From the human T2T-CHM13v2.0 reference genome, Homo sapiens, in assembly GCF_009914755.1 (NCBI RefSeq), contig NC_060938.1: DNA of 64,000 nt, one strand, 5' to 3'. Positions 1-15,294 of the stretch are shown in pieces. The notes below the pieces were generated by a model, which saw only the letters and a program-made list of their open reading frames with translations, was not told where the DNA came from and made no database searches. Each line of letters starts with the position of its first letter. Positions within the stretch are counted from its first letter, which is position 1. Position numbers and translations under genes: made by a program.

Positions 1-1
1 A

Positions 2-331
<330 letters not shown>

Positions 332-1210
332 AGACTGCTTCTTTAAGCAGGGCTCCCATCCATTCTTCCGCACTAGGCGAGGCCTCCCAGCTGGCCCCTC
401 CAGCCACATCTGCTGGCACATATTAGGGACAGAGCTCTGATCACTCCCTGGGATGGAGTGCTCAGAGGAGGGGAGGGCTCCCTCCTGGGCTGGCATTCTA
501 GCCTGGGGACTTTGGAGAGTCCAAGCTGACAGGAGCAGAGGTGGTTCCTCACCACAACACAGCTATTTTGTTGAGGCATGGCCAGACTGCTTCTTTAAGT
601 GGGACCCCAATCCACTCCTCCTTGCAGGGGGGTCCTCCCAGCTGGGGCCTCTGGCCACCCCTGCTCATGTTCTCCCTGGGTGAAATGCCTGAGGGACAGG
701 ACAGGCTGCCACTTTGGCCATTCAGGCTTCTCAGCTGGTCTAGCCTGTGGGGCTTGGAAAGCCCAAACCAATTGGGGGCTGAAGGGATCTCCAACACAGC
801 ACAGCTGCCCTACCAAAAAGCAGCCAGACTGCTTCTTTAAGTGTGTCCTTGATCCCCTTCCTCCTGACTGGGTGAGACCTCCCAACCAGGGTCTCCAGCC
901 ACCACCTACAGGCACATTTGGGCTGGCAAAAGGTCAGCACTCCCCTGGGATGGAGCTTCCAGAGGAAGAGGCAGGCTGCCATCTTTACTGTTTCCCAACT
1001 TTCACTGCTGATGCCTCCAGGTATGGGAAAAACCAAGGCAACTAAGGTCTGGAGTGGACCCCCAAAAAACTGCAGCAGCCCTACAGCAGAGTGGACAAAT
1101 TGTTAAAAGAAGAACAAACAAAAAACAACAACAAAAACAATAACAAACCCATAAAAACCCCATCCAAAAGTCAGCAACCTCAAAGATCAAAGGTAGATAA
1201 GCCCACAAAA

Positions 1211-2253
1211 ATGAGAAAGAACCAATGCAAAAACCCTGAAAACTCAAAAAGCTAGAGTGTCCCTTTTCCTTCAAATGACTGCGAACCTTCCCAGCAAGGG
1301 CTCAGAACTGGGCTGAGGCTGGGACCGCTGAAATGACAGAAGTAGGCTTCAGAAGGTGGGTAATAAACAATTTTACTGAACTAAAGGAGCATGTGGTAAC
1401 CATTGACAAAGAGGCAAATAATCATGATAAAACAATACAGGAGGTGACAGACAAAATAGCCAGTTTAGACTGGAACATAACCAACCAGCTAGAGCTGAAA
1501 AACACACTACAAAAACTTCACAATGCAATCATGAGTATTAATAGCAAAATAGACCAAGCAGAGAAAAGAATCTCAGACCTTGAAGAGTATCTTTCTGAAA
1601 TAAGACAGGCAGACAAGAATAGAGACAAAAGAATGAAAAAGAATGAACAAAACCTCTGAGAAATATAGAATTATGTAAAGAGACTGAATCTACAGCTAAT
1701 TAGGGTACCTGAAAGAGATGGGGAGAATAGAACCAAGTTGGAAAACATACTTCAGAATATTACCCAGGAAAACTTCCCCAACCTAGTAAGACAGGCCAAC
1801 ACTCAAATTCAAGAAATGCAGAGAACCCCAGCAAGATAATCAATGAAAAGATCATCCCCAAGACACATAATCATCAAATTCTTCAGGGTCAAAATGAAAG
1901 AAAAAATGTTAAGGGCAGCCACAGAGAAAGACCAGGACATCTATAAAGGGAAGCCCATCAGACTAACAGTGGACCTCTCAGCAGAAACCCTATAAGCTAG
2001 AAGAGACTGGGGGCCAATATTCAACACTTCTAAAGAAAAGAATTTCCAACCCAGAATTTCATATCCAGCCAAACTAAGCTTAATAAGTGAAGGAGAAATA
2101 AGATCCATTTCAGACAAGCGAATGCTGAGGGAATTAGTTATCACCAGGCCTGCCTTGCCAGAGTTCCTGAAGGAAACACTGAATATGGAAAGGAAAAACC
2201 ATTACCAGCCACTACAAAAACACATTGAAGTATACAGACCAGTGACACTATGA
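1211..2253 (+). pseudogene. L1 ORF1 remnant (stops and frameshifts)
   Basis: Starts MRKNQCKNPENSK; the ORF-track piece MTEVGFRRWVINNFTELKEHV... is ORF1 coiled coil; ends RKNHYQPLQKHIEVYRPVTL*. Confidence 0.85.
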
Positions 2254-2298
2254 AGCAACCACATAAACAAGTCAGAAAAATGACCAGCTAGCGTCGTG

Positions 2299-5881
<3,583 letters not shown>

Positions 5882-6111
5882 ATGATAAGAACACATGGAC
5901 ATATTGAGGGGGAGCAACACACACTGGGGCCTGTCAGACGGTGAAGGGGGAGGAAGGAGAGCATCAGAAAGAAGAGCTAATGGGTGCTGGGCTTAACTCC
6001 TATGTGATGGAATGATCCATGCAGCAAAACACCATGGCACATGTTTACCTATATAAAAACCTGCACATCCTGCACATGTACCCCTGAGCTTAAAAGAAAA
6101 AAAAAAAGTCA

Positions 6112-6525
<414 letters not shown>

Positions 6526-7059
6526 TTAACAGGACAGGGCAATTGTTGAATTATGACAACTGGAGGTAGGGTGTGAGTTGTGGTGGCCATAGGATAGAAA
6601 GAGGAGAAAAATAGAAAAGAGAGAAATCATTGACTTGGGGTCTGATTCATGTGGTGAGTGAGAAAAAGAGGGGTTTCAAAAGCTACTCAGAAATGGTGAG
6701 CCTGAGTGAATAAAATGAACAGGGGAACAATGAGCTTGTTTGATGGGACAGGGAAGAAAATTCTTACCTTGGATGGTTCTTCCCTTCTGAGGCACACATC
6801 CTTCCGGTTTCACATGCAGAAGCCTCTGTCTAACCACCCAAACTGCTAGGACTGAGGAAACTCCTGCTTGCACAATATTCCTGGGAGGCCACATGGCAGA
6901 GCAGCTCACCCTTGTGCCAGCTGGCCTGATGCTGCGTTGTTCTGGAGACAGGCTGGTGCCCACTCATTCTGCACAACTGGGAGCCCCTAGGCAGCCTTGT
7001 ATTTGCTGTGTGATGATTTAATTAATCTTTGCCCTTTCACCCTTTCCCACTCTCCCTGA

Positions 7060-7170
7060 CCCCAGACTGAAAGTGCCTTGGGAGCAAAGTACAGCCAAGT
7101 CGTGTTTGTTCATTATCATATCCTTGCACCCAGCACAGTGCCTGGCACACCGGAGGTACGCAATAAATAG
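7060..7170 (+). mobile_element. L2 3'-end fragment
   Basis: cccagcacagtgcctggcacac...caataaat, the typical L2 terminus. Confidence 0.6.
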
Positions 7171-7312
7171 CACTCATATGAGAGCCAGCTCAAATTTTTA
7201 CAACAGTGGCTCTTATTCAAGTGTGTAGCTCAAAACTGCCCTCAGAAATTCTGCCTTAGTAGAAGTAGGTCTGGATGTAACTCCATGTGTGATTCTAACA
7301 GTCACCTCCAGT

Positions 7313-7440
7313 TAGGGTTGGCAGATTTAGGAAATAAAAATACAGGACACTCAGTTACATTTGACTCTCAGCTAAACAATGAATTTTTTTTTAGTATAGG
7401 TATGCCCTAAGAAATATTTGTGTTTTATCTGGCAATTCTA
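7313..7440. mobile_element. MER53-like hAT MITE, internally deleted
   Basis: Termini tagggttggcagatttaggaaataaaaatacaggac ... ttttatctggcaattcta; perfect 8-bp TSD cctccagt at 7305-7312 and 7441-7448. Confidence 0.85.
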
Positions 7441-8029
7441 CCTCCAGTTGAAAACTACTATGCTAGTGCATTCAGAAAAAGAAGGCCCAGGGTCTTGCTT
7501 TATTTACTCAAGAGTAAGGATGATTCCAGACAGCTGCAGGGTCGGGGAGAAAAGGGTCTGAGGAGTTCCATCTTGAGCAAGTGAAGGTGCTACCTTAAAA
7601 ATAATTCACCCTTACCATGAGTCAAAAGGGACTCGTAGCTCCTATAGATACTGCCCTATGTTCTTAAGGGAAACTAAAACTTTAACAAAATGCTAGGAGT
7701 AATCAGGGAAAATTTTAGAACAAAACAGAAGTTTCCATATCTTTGCTTAAAATTTCAACAATTTCAAAGGCCCTCTAAGATACTGGTTATTACGTATCAA
7801 GACTGACACTGCAAAGCTAGAAAGAGTCACCTAAAATCATCAGATAAAATAGGAAAATTGAGAGATAAGAAAGGCACCCCAGGGTGATGTGTTTGCTGCT
7901 GATGATAATTATGATGATATAATTGAGAGGAATAAAAGGAAAGGTGAACATGGGCTATTTTAGTAAGTTGCAGACACCAGTGTCCAACTGTGAATGACGC
8001 TGCTATTAGGACTCCCTTTGTTCCTGGCT

Positions 8030-8534
8030 CATTCTCCATGCAGCATCCGGAAGGATCAATTGAAAACCCAAGTCTGATCCTGCCACACTTCCCTTCCTTC
8101 CCCCTCCTCCAGCCAAGCCGGCCTTCCAGCTGCTCCTGGAACAGACAAGGCATTCCCAGCTCAGGGCCTTTGCACTGGGAGGCCCCTCAGCCTGGCCTCA
8201 CTTCCTCAGATAGCTACATGACTTGCTCCCTCACTCCATTCAGTCTCTGCTCAAGCTGTTACCTCGAAGAAGCCTCTCCTCACCCCCACCGCCACCACTC
8301 TCTTACACTTTGCCTTGCTGTATTTTTCTTCATAACCATTATAACTACCTGATATTATATTATATATTTGGTTATTTGTGTGTATGTCTTCTCAACTAGA
8401 TTGTAAGCTCCATGAAGCCAGGATTTTCTTGTGAGGCATCACTCACTCGTGAGTCCTGGCAGTAATGGAACAATGCCTGATGTGGAGTAAATGGTCAACA
8501 CATATTTGTTAAATAAATAGATGAATGAATAAAT
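8030..8534 (+). mobile_element. L2 3' fragment
   Basis: ctcagggcctttgcact...ctagattgtaagctccatga...atatttgttaaataaatagatgaatgaat. Confidence 0.7.
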
Positions 8535-8537
8535 GAT

Positions 8538-9058
8538 GTTACTTTTCAGCTTAAAACCCTCCAATGGCTTCCAATTACATTTGGAACAAAATCCAAACTC
8601 CTTCCCCACGATCTCGGCCCTGCCTATCTGTCCAATGGTGTTCTCTGCCCCACTTCCCTCTTCCTCCCCTGTGTCACCAACCCCCTTTCAGTTCTCATAT
8701 AATACAGACTCAGGCCCTGTGCATTTGCTATTCCCCCACACCTGAGGTCCCTCCTAGCTTCTCTCTGAACTGTGGGCTCCTTCTGCTCATTCAGATTTCA
8801 GTTCATGTGTCATCTCCTCAGAGGGGCAGTCCTTGGACCCCTCACACCCAACCCTCTATCACTCTTTCTAGTGCTCACACTATAAAATTACACTGTTTAT
8901 TTATGGGTTTGTTTTTTATTGCCTGTTTCCTCTGACTAGCAGGTAAGCTGTGCAAGGGCAGGGACCTTGTACATCTTATTTACTACAAGGTCTCAGTGGC
9001 CAGTGCATGTCTGATGTATAGAAGTCACTCTAAATATTTTTTGAACAAAAGAATGAAT
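8538..9058 (+). mobile_element. Second L2 3' fragment in tandem
   Basis: cttaaaaccctccaatggcttcc...gcagggaccttgt...taaatattttttgaacaaaagaatgaat. Confidence 0.7.
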
Positions 9059-10809
9059 TTTAAAAATGGGTAGGAGAATCATAGATCCCATCAATGCAAG
9101 GAAATAGCAATGGTAGTTTTCAAATTTAAGTTGATTTACTTTTAATTGCTCATTTCTTCTTGAGGGAAACTGGGGTGTTTTAAGGATGACTTCCTGATTA
9201 TTGTCCTTTTTGAGGCTAATAGCTCACATAACACCCAGGACCATCATAATATCCCTCTTGGTGTTTGTGTCAGAAACAACGTGGTGCTCCTGGTCAATGT
9301 CTGGGGCATCAGGGCATTTATTATGTTTTCCTAAATTGCTTCACTTTTTTCATGACTGATCTTGGCTTAAAAGAGACTTCCAGTATTTCAGCTATAACAA
9401 TTCTCGCCTCTCCACCTCAGTGTATATTATGTAGTAAAAATAGGTAAGTATGTTGGAGAACGTTACAAAATGGAATAATCTATTGGAATTGGGAGAAATA
9501 TAAATATATTAGACACCTTGCTTAAACATCAGCATCTGTGGCTAAAGCTAACCCAAATTAGAATTTCTCTTCAGTTATTCTCCAGATTTGATGATTTCCT
9601 TATTTATTAAACAATGATAAACTGGACCCGTTTTTGCTTAACATGCTTTCTTTTTCCTCAGTTTCTATGTAGAATTATGTGCAGTTCTCAATTTTTGTTT
9701 TCAATCTGTTGTCACTGGAAATGGCAGAGTGACCCAAGACTCAACAGATGTAATAAAGTCCATATCCTCTACTGTCTATGGGCACAGTGTCACATGGTGC
9801 CAGGGGTCATAAGAAGATGGGAAGGGGGTCAGAAACCTCGCAGGATAAAAAGGGCAGGGAGAAAGGCTTCAATGAGAAGCTGATTCTTCCTGTTAATTTC
9901 ATTCTTATCTGTTGTCATATGACTCTGGTATTTTGATGTGGGATGTATATGGAGAGAGGAGCTGAACATAGGAGAGAATGTGTAATGGGCCATTTTCTCT
10001 TTCCTGAATATGCCTTGCTTAGAATGTTTATTTGATTGCAGCTGCAGAGACAATCATTGTCCTAACCCCATACTGTCAAGTGGGCAACCCAACATTGTAA
10101 AACTCCAATATCATGTGAGCCAGATCTGCCTTTGTTTTCTCTTGAACCTTCTCCAGAACCCAATTGGGCCATGGCTACTTAAAAATGGAAATTCCCTAAA
10201 AATTAATGGACCCTTTGTCAAGTCTTTGCAAACTGTAATTTTTACATGAAGCATGTGCCGTGTAAGTAGACCTATACTTGCTAGGGCATTTCACTATTCC
10301 TGAGGACTGGCTGAAGTTCTTGTGGACTGACTACTGGACAACCCGGGAGCTCTGTAAAACACAGCTTGACTATATTAACTTACATCTTCAGAACACCAAG
10401 TATCTTTACGGCAGGAAATAATAAAAGAGTTTTACTATGCATTGCCAGAAAGAGTACAAGGAAGCTTGGAAACTCGGATATGTTCTGACCTCATGTTTTA
10501 GGCAGGGGCAAGACGTATCTAATCCACCTGGAGCCTTGGTTTTCTGATTTGTCATTACTACCCAAATCTCAATTTACATCTTAAGTGAAGTTCACTGGGC
10601 CCTCACAACTCCATGTCCATGCAGCTCCTCAGACTGGAAGGGCACCCTTCCCTTCACCTCTTTGTTTCCCCCTGTTCCTCTGAGAGTCACCTGTGGTCCC
10701 AGTTCACCTGGGGAGCTGCTGGACTCCAGGGCTCGTCAGCACCGTACAATTCCCTTTCTCAGGACACCAAGCACACTGGATTGGGACTGCTTCCTTGGTC
10801 ATCTGGTCC

Positions 10810-10930
10810 CCTGGAGGCAGGGACTGGTTTTTGTTTGTTTTTTATTTTTCGTTAATTCCCCATCAGTCGTGCCTCATAGAGTACCCAACCAAAAGAAAGT
10901 ATGTAGAAAGTGTTTGTTGCGTGAATGAGT
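10810..10930 (+). mobile_element. L2 3'-end fragment
   Basis: ggaggcagggact...tgtttgttgcgtgaatgagt. Confidence 0.45.
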
Positions 10931-11813
10931 AAATTTGAAAATCAGGGACCTGGCGCAGTGAATCTTTAAGACCCTTGGAGTTCTATGGTTGAATGAGTCT
11001 GAAGGAACTTTGGGGAGAAGGAATTAATGCTAAAATCTATAGGGAAAGAAGATAGGAGGAACTTTCATTAATTCTGTTCTATTCCAACACTTGGATTTGT
11101 ACTATACCATCAGGGTTTAGAGCAATCGCTCCTCCTCTACAGGCTTTGCTTCCATTTTCAGAGTTTACTAGAAGCTCTTTCACCTGAGGTGCATACCAAA
11201 GCTCTTTGGGATATGGTAGAATGCCAGTCACCAGGGGCAGGGGAAGGTTTGAGGACCTCTCACTGTCCTCTTCATCTCGATGCCTCATGGACATTTGAGA
11301 GAGGTGGAGATGCAAAGGCTGGAGAGAAGAGAGTGGCACAGGGTGGGGTGAGGAGTTTCCTGCTGCCTCTCTGGCCTTTAGCCAGGGATATAAGAGGCTC
11401 CCTTTGTGTTTGACAGAATACGCATGAGTGCTGTTTAGTATCCTGCCTTCAGTCACAGAAAGAGAATGTTCAAGTTAAAAAAGACCATAGCCTAATGAAG
11501 TCTAAACTTTAAAAATTTTAATGAAGTACATCTTTTGGTTTCAAAAATAAAATTATATGCAGAACTTCAATAAACTAGAGATATAAAATGACAGTGTTGA
11601 GATTGAAAGGGGAAGGGAGGAGTTTGCTTTGCTTAGGTTTCCTCTTCCTGTCTGTGCCATCCTTAAAAGATCCAGAAGTCCACCTTTTCCTTCCCTTTAA
11701 GTGTACAGACTTAGAGCTAGGGACAGGAATGTTAAATGCCCCGGCCAAGGTGCTTCAGGCAGTCTACAGAGAACAGCCAGTGTGCTCTCCTCATAATGTC
11801 TCCAAGAGACCTG

Positions 11814-12272
11814 TGCTATAGTTTGAATGTCCCTTCCAAAACTCATGTTTAATCTTAATACCCAATGTGGCAGTATTGAGAGGTGGAGCCTTTGAGAGGC
11901 TATGGACTACGAAATATTGAACGAAGAAGGCTCTGCCTTCATGAGTGGATTATCCCACTCATGGATTAATGGATTAAAGAGTTAACGGATTAATGGATTA
12001 TCATGGAAATGTGACTTGTGGCTTTATATGAAGAATAAGAGAGACTTGAGCATAGCATGTTAGCATGTTCAGCCCCCTCACCATATTATACCCTGTACCC
12101 ACTTGGGACCCTTCAGAGAGTCCCCACTAGCAAGCCAGAAAGCTTTTACCAGATGCGCCCCTTTGACCTGGGACTTCCCAGCTTTCAGAACTGTTAAGAA
12201 ATAAATTTTGTTTCTTATACATTACCCTGTGTCAGGTATTCTGTTATAAGCAACACAAAACAGACTAAGACA
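11814..12272 (+). mobile_element. MaLR solo LTR (MSTC/MSTD-like)
   Basis: tgctatagtttgaatgtcc...cagactaagaca; TG...CA ends; AATAAA near 12200; TSD acctg/accca. Confidence 0.85.
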
Positions 12273-12644
12273 ACCCAGATCCTAGCCGAAAGCTAACTGA
12301 GAAGCAGGCAGTACTGAATTCTCTGCTCTGGACAGTAGGGCTGCATGAGGATTTTAATGTTTCCAGTATGTCATTCTAACATCTCCCCTCAAATAAAGAA
12401 AAAAAAAATTTTACAAAGAAAACCTGATAGGACTTTAAGAGAAATCCCAGATTGCAACCTTTGTACAATCAGCAACAAATTGAAAACTTTGAATATTAAT
12501 TAAATTAGTTAAACTAAATGAAATTTAAGGGGTCCAGATAGTAAAGTATGTTGAATGAAAATTGTCATTCCTTAATATTTGTTTTAGGGATTGAGATTTC
12601 CATATGCTGGGTTTTCCTAAGTCAAGCAATAACAGGGCCTTTAC

Positions 12645-13418
12645 CTGTTCCAGAAGATGGAGGGGTGATAGATCCTGGGCTGTCGTCTTCAGGCTCCGAG
12701 ACAGTGACAGTGGGGACTGTGTCAGGACTTGGCTTTAGACATATATCTTGCTTCTCAGGGGTCTTCTCTTGGGTAGTGGTTTCAACAGAAGGTTCTATTT
12801 CCGTCAGTGTGATTTTGACAGGGGTGGTGATCTGAGGAGCCCTGCGCTGTTCTTCAGAGAGATCATCTATGTATGGAGCAAATGTGGATTCTTCCAATAA
12901 ATGGTCCTTGATGATTTTTCCCTCCACAGGAGCTGGTTTGTCAGGTTCACGGACTCCTTCAGGTTTAATTGAGATGTCAGTGTCTTTATTCTTAAAGTCC
13001 AAGTCTTTATCTTCCAGCTCGGGGTGATGTTGTTCTTGGTGCTTCACCTCCTCGGGTCTGGTTATGTCAATGTATTTATAGGCCTCTGCTTTCATCTGGT
13101 CCAGAGGGTCTGCTAAGATCTTGTTCACTTCCGTGGACTCTGCAGGAGTCATCTCTATTCCAGAATCAGAACTAAATAAGCCACGAGACTCTATCCCAGG
13201 CACATCTGGTAAGGAGGGGCCGGGTGTACCCAGCTCCTCAGGGCTCTCTGAAATGGTGACGTGGCCATTTTCCTTCTGAAGAATTCCAGTAAAATATGTA
13301 GAATCCTCCTGAGGTGGATAGCAGATGTCAGAAATGAGAGATGTGTAACACGATCCTTCCCCATCTTTTGATGTTGTTGAGAAGGTGTGGTCCATGGCAC
13401 TGGAAACACCTGCCACAC
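12645..13418 (-). CDS. RTN1: Reticulon-1 (RTN1-A / NSP-A) internal coding exon (exon 2), acidic disordered N-terminal region
   Basis: Minus-strand translation (G)VAGVSSAMDHTFSTTSKDGEGSCYTSLISDICYPPQEDSTYFTGILQKENGHV...EPEDDSPGSITPPSSGT matches RTN1-A as I recall it. Acceptor ttgattcatAG|GTGTGG (AG at 13420-13419), donor GAACAG|GTAAAG (GT at 12644-12643). 774 nt = 258 codons, phase 1 at both ends. Confidence 0.96.
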
Positions 13419-13450
13419 CTATGAATCAAAGCAGCAGCAGACAGTGAGTG
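13419..13450 (-). promoter_or_regulatory. 3' splice site with candidate branch point CTCAC (A at 13445, -27)
   Basis: Minus strand cacTCACtgtctgctgctgctttgattcatAG; yUnAy consensus at a typical distance from the AG. Confidence 0.65.
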
Positions 13451-14264
13451 GGTGCTTGGCGTCAGCTCTCTCTCTTGTCTAACCCACCACCCACCCCTGC
13501 CTGGTGAAGACATGACATCCTTTCTCCTTAAGCCCTCGGAGTTCCCTCGGAGCTCCCTCAGAGCACCAGCATGTTAAATTTCCTAATCTCCCCAATAGTC
13601 CATACTTGTGGTATTTTTCCAGTAACAGACCCCAGAGGCTCACATAAACTGCCAGGACCAGATAAGTTGGGGACAGATCCTATAAGACTAGGAAATTTAT
13701 TTTCAACGTCTACCACCTCAACACACAGTGACTTGATCTTAGTATTATTAAAAAGAAACCCTCTTTGTATCTAAAGTATTAACAGCTCTTTAAGTAGAGG
13801 TGGAAATTAGGCTACCTCAGGATTGTAACTGCAACAATAGGATAGCTGACTGGGTACAGGAGCTGCTCTTGGAAATTCAATGGCTGGGAGGAGCCTCAAA
13901 GAACCCACCTGTCCAGTCCTTTCATTCATGGACTACTGATCCATCCAGTCTCTTTTTCAAGGTCCGCAGAGAAAGGACCTCCTAGCTTTGGGCCTCATTC
14001 CAATGTCATATCACCCTAATGGTGTGCTTCCCTGTTTATTTCATCAGTTTTCCCTCTTGTTTTGTTTTCCTCCTCTTTTACTCCTCTACTGCCCATTCAT
14101 TGCCATCCAGTGATATTCAAAGTCACCCACTGGCAATTCCTTCATTCCACTGGTGGTGCTAAGGGTAAGACAGGTTTCCAAGTTTGAGTCTATAGAATAT
14201 TTTCACCAGGCTCTAATTCTACTAATACACCAGCCATTTTTTATATTCATTAATAGTGGGCATA

Positions 14265-14559
14265 GGCCAGGTGCAGTGGCTCACGCCTGTAATTCCAGCA
14301 CTTTGGGAGGCCGAGGCAGGCGGATCTCCTGAGGTCGGGAGTTCGTAGACCAGCCTGACAACATGGAGAAACTCCGTCTCTACTAAAAATACAAAATTAG
14401 CCAGGCGTGTTGGCGCATGCCTGTAATCCCAGCTACTCAGGAGGCTGATGCAGGAGAATTGCTTGAACCCAGGAGGAGGTTGCGGTAAGCTGAGATTGCG
14501 CCATTGCACTCCAGCCTGGGCAACAAGAGCAAAACTCCATCTCAAAAAAAACAAAAAAA
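14265..14559 (+). mobile_element. AluSp-like
   Basis: Diagnostic gaggtcgggagttcg, acatggagaaac, ggttgcggt, gggcaacaagagc; TSD aatagtg(g/a)gcata. Confidence 0.92.
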
Positions 14560-14741
14560 TAGTGAGCATAAAAGGAAAACCCTCCACTGTTTTACTTTGC
14601 TGTAAAATTCTACCAGAAGGTATGAAAACCAACCATACCAGAGCATACATTGAGGCGTCACTATATGCTAAGCAGTGGGATTTTTAATCTAATTTTTACA
14701 ATTGTACAAATTAAGTCCCACACTCTCTACATCTACATACA

Positions 14742-14780
14742 AACACATTACACACACACATATACACAAACACACACACA
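14742..14780. repeat. Imperfect (CA)n
   Basis: acacacacacatatacacaaacacacacaca. Confidence 0.8.
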
Positions 14781-14879
14781 GTACGTACAATATCAAAGGT
14801 CTTAAGACACACCTGAAGAATAGACTAGAGCAATAACTCATATAAAAGTCATCAAAACAGTGGCAGTAACAGGTCAATA

Positions 14880-15095
14880 GCTAACATGCGAGTGCTTGCT
14901 ATGTGTCAGGCATTGTTCTAAACTTTTCATTAATATCAACTCATTTCATAATCAAAGCAATCCTAGAAGGTTGGCAATATTGTTAGGCTCATTTTACAGA
15001 TGAGGAAACTGAGAAACAAAGGGGTTAAATAACTCACCTAAGATCTTACAGGCAGTAAGTGGTAGAACCAGGATTCACACCCAAGTAACCTGGAA
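14880..15095 (-). mobile_element. MIR
   Basis: cattttacagatgaggaaactgag core in reverse orientation. Confidence 0.8.
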
Positions 15096-15294
15096 GCCAA
15101 GAAACCTCCCCTAATGCGCTTTGCCCCGATTAAGTCAGTCTGTGAGGTTTTTTTTTTTTTTTTTTTTTTTCCGGGAATATTTACTCAGCATTATTACAAA
15201 CGAACTTAACTTTTTTCTTTTCCTAGCTTTCTTTTTGGTTGCACAAGCTATTGTTTCTCTACGGGCAGTGGAAAAGCACAAAGCCTCTTCCCTG

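Noticed and set aside
12622-12644. ORF-track C-terminal extension GKGPVIA*
   Set aside because: Read-through past the GTAAAG donor; intronic.
13384-13403. RE1/NRSE-like sequence ccagtgccatggaccacacc
   Set aside because: Both REST core half-sites (CAGCACC and GGACAG) are broken; explained by coding sequence.
15148-15170. Orphan T23 tract (also T24 at 18490-18513) as a processed-pseudogene tail
   Set aside because: No TSD or recognisable retrocopy body; these A-tracts on the transcript strand could cause oligo-dT internal-priming artefacts.
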